Positions 54,421-64,000 of a stretch of DNA of 64,000 bases are shown here, one piece after another (position 1 is the stretch's first letter; every line of letters starts with the position of its first letter). The notes beneath the pieces were generated by a model, which was given only the letters and a program-made list of their open reading frames with translations, was not told the origin of the DNA and did not search any database. A program made the position numbers and the translations under genes. The DNA is from the human T2T-CHM13v2.0 reference genome, Homo sapiens. The DNA is taken from NCBI RefSeq assembly GCF_009914755.1, contig NC_060934.1; one strand, written 5' to 3'.

Positions 54421-57400
54421 CTACTCGGGTACATTCTATTTCGTTCCGTTCCATTCCATTCCATTCCATTCCATTCATTTCCTTTCCATTCCATTCCACT
54501 CCACTCGAGTTGATTCCATTCCATTCCATTCCATTCCATTCCATTAAATTCCATTCCATTCCAGTTCATTCCATTCCTTTCCATTCCATTCCATTCCCTT
54601 CCATTCCATTCCATTCCCTTCCATTCCATTCCATTCCATTCCATTCCTTTGCATTGTAATCGGGTTGATTCCAATCCATTCCATTACATTCCAGTCCTTT
54701 CCATTCCATTACTTTCCACTCGGTTTGTTTCCATTACATTGAATTCCATTCCGTTCCATTCCATTCCATTGCATTCCATTGCATTCCATTCCACTCGGGT
54801 TGTTTCCTTTCCATTCCATTCCATTCCATTCCATTCCATTCACTCTATTCCATTCCATTCCATTCTACTCAGGTTGATTCCGTTCGATTCCATTCCAATC
54901 CATTCCCTTCCATTCCATTCTAGTTGATTCCATTGCATTCCATGCCGTTCCATTCCATTCCACTCCATTCCAATCCGTTCCACTCGGGTTGATTCTATTC
55001 CATTCCATTCCATTTCATTCCTTTCCAGTTGATTCCATTCCATTCCATTGCATTCCATTCCATTCCAATCGGGTTGATTTCATTCCATTCCATTCCATTC
55101 TAGTCCATTCCATTCCATTCAATTCCATTCCATTCCATTCCACTCCATTCCACTGGTGTTTATTCCATTCCATTCCATTCCATTCCATTCCATTCCCTTC
55201 CATTCCATTCCGGTCCATTCCATTCCATTCCATTCCATTCCACTGGTGTTTATTCCGTTCCACTCCATTCCATTGCATTCCATTCCACTGGTGTTTATTA
55301 AATTCCACCCCATTCCTTTGCATTCCATTGAATTCCATTTCATGTCATTCCATTGCATTCCATTCCACTCGGGTTGACTCCATTCCATACCATTGCATTC
55401 CATTCCTTTCCTTTTGATTCCATTCCTTTCCATTCCATTCCTTTCTACTCGAGTTGATTCCATTCCATTCTATTCCATTCCATTGCATTCCATTCCACTC
55501 GTGTTTATTCCAGTCCATTCCATTCCATTCCATTCCACTCTGGTTGATTCCATTCCATTCCATTGCATTCCTTTCCACTCCATTCAATTCCTCTCCATTC
55601 TACTCGGGTTGATTCCATTCCATTCCATTCCATTCCATTCCATTCCATTCCATTGCATTCCACTCGGGTTGATTTCACTCCATTCCATTCCATTCCATGT
55701 TGTTACATTCCATTCCATTCCATTCCACTCAGGTTGATTCCCCTCCATTTCATTCCATTCCATGCCGTTCCGTTCCATTGCATTCCATTCCATTCCATTC
55801 CATTCCCTTCCATTCCATTCCATTCCATTCCGTTGCATTGGAATAGGGTTGATTCCAATCCATTCCATTACATTCCAGTCCTTTCCCTTCCATTACATTC
55901 CACTCGGTTTTTTTCCATTACATTGAATTCCATTCCATTCCTTTCCATTCCATTCCATTCCATTCAATTCCACTCCACCTGGATTGATTCCATTCCATTC
56001 CATTATAATCCATTGCATTCCATTCCATTCCACCCGGATTGATTCCATTCCATTCCATTATAATCCATTCCATTTCATTCCATTCCACTGGGGTTGATTC
56101 CATTCCATTCCATTCCATTCCATTGCATTCCATTCCATTCCGTTCCATTTGATTCCTTTCCAGTTGATTCCGTTCCAATCCATTGCATTCCATTCCATTC
56201 CAATCGCGTTGATTTCATTCCATTCCATTACATTCTAGTTCATTCCACTCCATTCCATTCCATTCCATTCCATTCCTATTCATTCCATTCCATTCCATTC
56301 TAGTTGATTTCATTGCATTCCATGCCATTCCATTCCATTCCACTCTATTCCAATCCATTCCATACGGGTTGGTTTCTTTCCATTTCATTCCATTCCATTC
56401 CGTAGCATTGGAATCGGGTTGATTCCAATCCATTCCATTACATTCAAGTCCTTTCCATTCCATTACATTCCATTCGGTTTGTTTCCATTACATTGAATTC
56501 CATTCCATTCCATTCCATTCCATTCCATTCCATTCCATTCCATTCCTTTCCATTCCATTCCATTCAATTCCATTCCACCCGGATTGATTCCATTCCATTC
56601 CATTTTAATCCATTCCATTCCATTCCATTCCACCCGGATTGATTCCATTCCATTCCATTATAATCCATTCAATTCCTTTCCACCCGGATTTATTCCATTC
56701 CATTCCATTTTAATCCATTCCATTCCATTCCATTCCACCCGGATTGATTCCATTCCATTCCATTATAATCCATTCCATTCCATTCCATTTCACAGGGGTT
56801 GATTCCATTCCATTCCATTCCAATCCATTCCATTCCATTCCATTCCATTAAATTCCATTCCATTCCAGTTCATTCCATTCCTTTCTATTCCATTCCATTG
56901 CCTTCAATTCCATTCCATTCTATTCCATTCCATTGCATTGTAATCGTGTTGATTCCAATGCATTCCATTACATTCCAGTCCTTTCCATTCCATTACATTC
57001 CACTCGGTTTGTTTCCATTACATTGAATTCCATTCCGTTCCCTTCCATTCCATTGCATTCCATTGCATTCCATTCCACTCGGGTTGTTTCCTTTCCATTC
57101 CATTCCTTTAGTTTGCATTCCATTCCATTCCATTCCATTCACTCCATTCCATTCCATTCCATTCTACTCAGGTTGATTCCGTTCGATTCCATTCCAATCC
57201 ATTCCCTTCCATTCCATTCTAGTTGATTCCATTGCATTCCATGCCGTTCCATTCCATTCCACTCCATTCCAATCCGTTCCACTCGGGTTGATTCCATTCC
57301 ATTCCATTCCATTCCACTCGGGTTGATTCCATTCCATTCCATGCCATTCCACTCGGGTTGATTCCATTCCATTCCATTCCATTCCATTCCATTCCATTCC

Positions 57401-60400
57401 ATTTCATTCCTTTCCAGTTGATTCCATTCCATTCCATTGCATTCCATTCCATTCCATTGCATTCCATTCCATTCCAATCGGGTTGATTTCGTTCCATTCC
57501 ATTCCATTCTAGTCCATTCCATTCCATTCCATTACATTACATTGCATTACATTACATTACTTTACATTACATTCCTGTCCACTCAATTCCATTCCATTCC
57601 ATTCCATTCCATTCGTGTCCATTCCATTCCATTGCATTCCATTCCACTCGGGTTGACTCCATTCCATACCATTGCATTCCATTGCATTCCATTCCTTTCC
57701 TTTCCAATCCGTTCCTTTCCATTCCGTTCCTTTCCACTCGAGTTGATTCCATTCCATTTTATTCCATTCCATTCCATTCCATTCCATTCCACTCGTGTTT
57801 ATTCCAGTCCATTCCATTCCATTCCATTCCACTCCGGTTGATTCCATTCCATTCCATTCCTTTCCACTCCATTCGATTCCATTCCATTCTACTCGGGTTG
57901 ATTCCTTTCCATTCCATTCCATTCCATTCCATTCCATTCCATTCCACTCGGGTTGATTTCACTCCATTCCATTCCATTCCATGTTGTTACATTCCATTCC
58001 ACTCCATTCCATTCCATTGCATGCCATTCCATTCATTTAAATTCCTTTCCATTCCATTCCACTCTGGTTGATTCCATTCCATTCCATTCCATTCCATTCC
58101 ATTCCATTCCATTCTATACAATTACATTGCACTCGAATTGATTCCATTCTATTCCATTCCATTCCTTTCCATTCCATTCCACTCAGGTTGATTCCATTCC
58201 ATTCCATTCCATTCCATTCCATTCCATTCCATTACATTACATTACATTACATTACATTACATTTCATTCAACTAGAGTTGATTCCATTCCATTCCATTCC
58301 ATTCCATTCCATTTCTTTCGGTTGATTCCAATCCATCGCTTTCCATTCCTTTCCATTCGATTCCGTTCCGTTCCATTCCACTTCGGTTGATTCGATTCCA
58401 TTCCATTCCTATCCATTCCATTCCATTCCATTCCATTCCATTCCATTCCATTCCATTCCTTTACAGTTGATTCCATTCCATTCCATTGCATTCCATTCCA
58501 TTCCAATCGTTTTAATTTCATTCCATTCCATTCTATTCTAGTCCATTCCATTCCATTCCATTACATTACATTACATTCCTGTCCTTTCCATTCCATTCCA
58601 TTCCATTACATTCCATTCCACTCCATTCCATTCCATTCCTTTCCATTCCATTCCATTCCACTGGTGTTTATTCCATTCCACTCCATTCCATTGCATTCCA
58701 TTCCACTGGTGTTTATTCCATTTCACTCCATTCATTTACATTCCATTACATTCCATTTCATTCCATTCCATTCCATTCCATTCCACTCGGGTTGACTCCA
58801 TTCCATACCATTGCATTCCATTCCTTTCCTTTTGATTCCATTCCTTTCCATTCCATTCCTTTCCACTCGAGTTGATTCCATTCCATTCTATTCCATTCCA
58901 TTGCATTCCATTCCACTCGTGTTTATTCCTTTCCATTCCATTCCATTCCATTCCATTCCATTCTATTCCATTCCTCTCCGGTTGATTCCATTCCATTCCA
59001 TTCCATTCCACTGCATTTCTTTCCCCTCCATTCAATTCCTTTCCATTCTACTCGGGTTGATTCCATTCCATTCCATTCCATTCTATTCCATTGCATTCCA
59101 CTCGGGTTGTTTCACTCCATTCCATTCCATTGCATGTCGTTACATTCCATTCCATTCCATTCCACTCAGGTTGATTCCAATCCTTTTCATTGCATTCCAT
59201 GCCGTTCCATTCCATTCCATTCCATTCCATTCCATTCCATTCCATTCCATTCTATACCATTACATTGCACTCGAATTGATTCCATTATATTCCATTCCAT
59301 TCCATTCCATTCTACTTGGTTTGATTCATTCCATTCCATTCCATTCCATTCGATTCCATTCCATTCCTTTACATTCCATTCCATTACATTACATTTCATT
59401 CCACTCGAGTTTATTCCATTCCATTCCATTCCATTCCATTCGGTTGATTCCAATCCATTGCTTTCCATTCCTTTCCATTCCATTCCCAACCTTTCCATTC
59501 CACTCGAGTTGTTTCCATTCCATTCCATTCCATTCCATTCCATTCCTTTCCATTCCATTCCATTGCATTCAATTCCATTCCATTCCATTCCGTCCATTCC
59601 ATTTCACTCTATTCCCTTCCATTCCCTTTCACTCCATTCCCTTCCATTCCATTGGAATCGGATTCTTTCCATTCCATTCCATTCCATTCCATTCCATTCC
59701 ATTCCATTGCCTTCCATTCCACTCGGGTTGTTTCCTTTCCATTCCATTCCATTAGTTTCCATTGCATTCCAATCCATTCATTCCATTCCATTCCATTACA
59801 CTGAGGTTGATTCTGTTCAATTCCATTCCAATCCATTCATTGCCATTCCATTCTATTTGATTCCATTGCATTTCATGCCATTCCATTCCATTCCATTCTA
59901 TTCCAATGCATTCCATTAGGGTTGATTTCATTCCATTCCATTTCATTCCATTCCATTGCATTCTACTCGGGTTAATTCCATTCCATTCCATTCGATTCCA
60001 TTCCATTCCATTCCATTCCATTCCCTTCCTTTCCAGTTGATTCCATTCCCTTCCATTCCATTCCATTCCATTCCAATCGGGTTGATTTCCTTCCATTTCA
60101 TTCCATTCTAGTCCATTCCATTCCATTCCATTCCATTCCATTCCTTTCTAGTCCATTTCATTCCATTCCATTCCATTCCATTCCATTCCATTCCATTCCA
60201 TTCCATTCCTGTCCATTCCATTCCATTCCATTCCATTCCATTCCTTTCCATTCCATTCCTTTCCACTCAGGTTGATTCCATTCCATTCTCTTCCATTCCA
60301 TTCCATTCCATTCCATTCCACTCGTGTTCATTTCATTCCATTCCATTCCATTGCATTCCATTCCACTGGTGTTTATTCCATTCCACTCCATTCCTTTGCA

Positions 60401-63400
60401 TTCCATTCCATTCCATTTCATTCCATTCCATTTCATTCCATTCCACTCAGGTTGACTCCATTCCATACCATTGCATTACATTGCATCCCATTCCTTTCCT
60501 TTCGATTCCATTCCTTTCCATTCCATTTCTTTCCACTCGAGTTGATTCCATTCCATTCTATTCCATTCCATTCCATTCCACTCGTCTTTATTCCAGTCCA
60601 TTCCATTCCATTCCATTCCACTCCGGTTGATTCCATTCCATTCCATTCCATTTCAAGGCATTCCTTTCCACTCCATTCCATTCCTTTCCATTCTACTCGG
60701 GTTGATTCCATTCCATTCCATTCCATTCCATTCCATTGCATTGCATTCCACTCGGGTTGTTTTCACTCCATTCCATTCCATTCCATGTCGTTACATTCCA
60801 TTCCATTCCATTCCACTCGGGTTGATTCCACTCCATTTCATTCCATTCCATGCCGTTCCGTTCTATTCCATTCCATTCCACTCCATTCCATTCCATTCTA
60901 TTCCATTCCATTCATTTCAATTCCTTTCCATTCCATTCCACTCTGGTTGATTCCATTCCATTCCATTCCATTCCATTCCATTCCATTCCATTCCATTCTA
61001 TACCATAACATTGCACTCGAATTGATTCCATTCTATTCCATTCCATTCCATTCCATTCAATTTTACTCGGGTTGATTCCATTCCATTCCATTCCATTCCA
61101 TTCCATTCCATTCCATTCATTTCAATTCCTTTCCATTCCATTCCACTCTGGTTGATTCCATTCCATTCCATTCCATTCCATTCCATTCCATTCCATTCCA
61201 TTCCATTCCATTGCATTCCACTCTGGTTGATTTCACTCCATTCCATTCCATTCCACTCGGGTTGATTCCACTCCATTTCATTCCATTCCATGCCGTTCCA
61301 TTCCATTCCATTCCATTCCATTCCATTCCATTCCATTCCATTCCATTCATTTCAATTCCTTCCCATTCCATTCCACTCTGGTTGATTCCATTCCATTCCA
61401 TTCCATTCCATTCCATTCCATTCCATTCTATACCATTACATTGCACTCGAATTGATTCCATTCTATTCCATTCCATTCCATTCCATTCCATTCTACTCGG
61501 GTTGATTCACCATTCCATTCCATTCCATTCCATTCCATTCCAGTCCATTCCATTCCAGTCCGTTCCATTCCATTCCATTCCACTCGGGTTGATTTCACTC
61601 CATTCCATTCCATTCCATGCCGTAACATTCTATTCCACTCCATTCCACTCGGGTTGATTCCACTCCATTCCATTCCATTCCATGCCGTTCCATTCCATTC
61701 CATTCCATTCCATTCCACTCGGTTTGATTCCACTCCATTGCAATCCATTCCATGTCGTTACAGTCCATTCCATTCCATTGCACTCGGGTTGATTGCATTC
61801 CATTCCATTCCATTCCATTGCATTCCATTCCATTCCACCCGGATTGATTCCATTCCATTCCATTATAATCCATTCCATTCCATTCCATTCCACTGGGGTT
61901 GATTCCATTCCATTCCATTCCATTCCATTCCATTCCATTCCATTCCATTCCGTTCCATTTGATTCCTTTCCAGTTGATTCCATTCCATTCCATTGCTTTC
62001 AATTCAATTCCAGTCGGGTTGATTTCATTCCATTCCATTCTAGTCCATTCCACTCCATTCCATTCCATTCGATTCCATTCCTGTTCATTCCATTCCATTC
62101 CATTCCATTCTAGTGGATTTCATTGCATTCCATGCCATTCCATTCCATTGCACTCTATTCCAATCCTTTCCATTCGGGTTGATTTTTTCCATTCCATTTC
62201 ATTCCATTCCATTGCATTCCACTCGGGTTAATTCCATTCCATTCCATTCCATTCCATTCCATTCCATTCCATTCCATTCCATTCCATTCCATTTCGTTCC
62301 TTTCCATTCCATTCCATTCTATTCCTGTGCATTCCATTGCATTCCATTCCATTCCATTCCATTCCATTCCATTCCACTGTGTTTATTCCATTCCACTCCA
62401 TTCCATTGCATTCCATTGCATTCCATTTCATTCTCTTCCATTCCATTCCATTCCACTCGGGTTGACTCCATTCCATACCATTGCATTCCATTACATTCCA
62501 TTCCTTTCCTTTCCATTCCATTCCTTTCCATTCCGTTCCTTTCCACTCGAGTTGATTCCATTCCACTCTATTCCATTCCATTCCATTCCATTCCATTCCA
62601 TTCCATTCCACTCGGGTTGATTCCATTCCATTCCATTCCATTCCATTGATTTCCACTCGGGTTGATTCGATTCCATTCCATTCCATTCCGTTGCATTCCA
62701 TTTCATTCCTTTCCAGTTGATTCCATTCCATTCCATTGCATTCCAGTCCATTCCAATCGGGTTGATTTCATTCCATTCCATTCCATTCTAGTCCATTCCA
62801 TTCCATTCCATTCCATTCCATTCCATTACATTACATTACATTCCTGTGCATTCCATTCCATTCCATTCCATTCCATTCCATTCCATTCCATTCCATTCCT
62901 GTCCATTCCATTCCATTCCATTCCATTCCATTCCATTCCACTGGTGTTTATTCCATTCCACTCCATTCAATTGCATTCCATTCCACTGGTGTTTATTCCA
63001 TTCCACTCCATTCCTTTGCATTCCATTGCATTCCATTTCATTCCATTCAATTGCATTCCATTCCGCTCGGGTTGACTCCATTCCATACCATTGCATTCCA
63101 TTGCATTCCATTCCTTTCCTTTCCATTCTATTCCTTTCCATTCCATTCCTTTCCAATCGAGTTGATTCCATTCCATTCTATTCCATTCCATTCCATTCCA
63201 TTCCACTCGTGTTTATTCCAGTCCATTCCATTCCATTCCATTCCACTACGGTTGATTCCATTCCATTCCATTCCATTCCATTCCATTCCATTCCATTCCA
63301 TTTCATTCCTTTTCACTCCATTCCATTCCATTCCATTCTACTCGAGTTGATTCCATTCCATTCGATTCCATTCCATTCCATTCGATTCCATTCCATTCCA

Positions 63401-64000
63401 TTCCAGTCCATTCCATTACATTCCATTCCTCTCGGGTTGATTTCACTCCATTCCATTCCATTCCATTCCATGCTGTAACATTCTATTCCACTCCATTCCA
63501 TTCGGGTTGATTCCACTCCATTCCATTCCATTCCAATCGGTTTGATTCCACTCCATTCCAATCCATTCCATGCCGTTACAGTCCAGTCCATTCCATTGCA
63601 CTTGGGTTGATTCCATTCCATTCCATTCCATTCCATTCCCTTCCATTCCATTCCATTCCATTCCACTGGGGTTGATTCCATTCCATTCCATTCTATTACA
63701 TTCCATTCCACTCGGGTTGATTCCATTCCATACCATTGCATTCCATTACATTCCATTCCTTTCCTTTCCATTCCATTCCTTTCCATTCCGTTCCTTTCCA
63801 CTCGAGTTGATTCCATTCCACTATATTCCATTCCATTCCATTCCATTCCATTCCATTCCATTCCACTCGGGTTGATTCCATTCCATTCCATTACATTCCA
63901 GTCCTTTCCATTCCATTACATTCCACTCAGTTTGTTTCCATTACATTGAATTCCATTCTGTTCCATTCCATTCCATTGCATTCCATTGCATTCCATTCCA

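Larger units (their letters stand above)
31088..64000 (-). repeat. Human satellite III (HSat3/SatIII)-type array, inverted orientation (ATTCC on +)
   Basis: Continuous (CATTC)n with ACTCGGGTTG, AATCGGGTTG, ACTCGAGTTG and ACTGGTGTTT, the reverse complements of the left-arm motifs. Runs to the window end. Confidence 0.97.
43380..64000 (-). repeat. Large tandem duplication, ~11.7-11.9 kb period (copy A ~43380-55240; copy B ~55240 to beyond the window end)
   Basis: More than 15 colinear rare variants, e.g. CAATCGCGTTG 44373/56201; CATACGGGTT 44533/56361; TAGTTTGCAT 45251/57109; TCCATCGCTTTCC 46584/58332; CAAGGCATT 48962/60654; CCATAACATTG 49331/61003; CGCTCGGGTT 51341/63064; CATGCTGTAA 51721/63469. 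Confidence 0.92.

Noticed and set aside
200-63891. Hundreds of ORFs encoding MEWNG- or IPFHS-repeat peptides (up to 456 aa, e.g. 10490-11860 and 18847-20211)
   Set aside because: (GGAAT)n has no stop codon in any of six frames and supplies an ATG every 5 bp. The ORFs overlap in all frames and break at satellite variants, with no sign of coding constraint.
1-64000. CRISPR-like array (recurrent CAACCCGAGT motif with variable spacing)
   Set aside because: The intervening sequences are the same pentamer repeat rather than unique spacers, spacing is irregular, and there are no cas genes. The sequence is primate satellite DNA.
31088-64000. Right arm as an exact fold-back (palindromic read) artefact of the left arm
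   Set aside because: The flanks are not base-for-base mirror images and the two arms carry different duplication structures. Read-level confirmation is still needed.
1-64000. HSat2, alpha satellite or telomeric repeat
   Set aside because: It lacks the regular CATTCGATTC/GATGAT-rich ~23-26 bp HSat2 unit, a 171-bp monomer or CENP-B box, and TTAGGG runs.
1-64000. Canonical heat-shock elements, promoters or polyA signals (AATAAA within GGAATAAAC)
   Set aside because: GAA units are in direct tandem rather than the alternating nGAAnnTTCn arrangement, and AATAAA is a recurring satellite variant. Nothing supports an individual functional site.
1-64000. Assignment to a specific chromosome, species or HSat3 subfamily
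   Set aside because: This needs alignment or k-mer classification against T2T assemblies and cannot be supported by eye.

Overview
The whole 64 kb window is one pericentromeric-type satellite array: diverged (GGAAT)n/(ATTCC)n pentamers interrupted every ~50-150 bp by the decamer CAACCCGAGT and its variants. This is the signature of classical human satellite III (HSat3/SatIII) of human or great-ape origin; species and chromosome cannot be fixed from the sequence alone. I see no genes, RNA genes, transposons or unique sequence. Every ORF in the track is an artefact, because the pentamer contains no stop codon in any frame (MEWNG / IPFHS). The main structural feature is a single sharp strand inversion at 31087/31088: GGAAT is on the + strand to the left and on the - strand to the right, so the two G-rich strands converge. 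The breakpoint falls at the end of a CTCGAG palindrome, inside an imperfect 11-bp inverted repeat. Shared rare variants reveal nested duplications with periods of about 20 bp, 55-190 bp, 0.93 kb, 1.4 kb, 1.75 kb, 2.3-2.6 kb, 8-9 kb (old) and 11.8 kb (recent). I found no evidence of a novel protein-coding system; the interest is in satellite architecture and possible non-coding function. Coordinates were read by eye and duplication boundaries are approximate.
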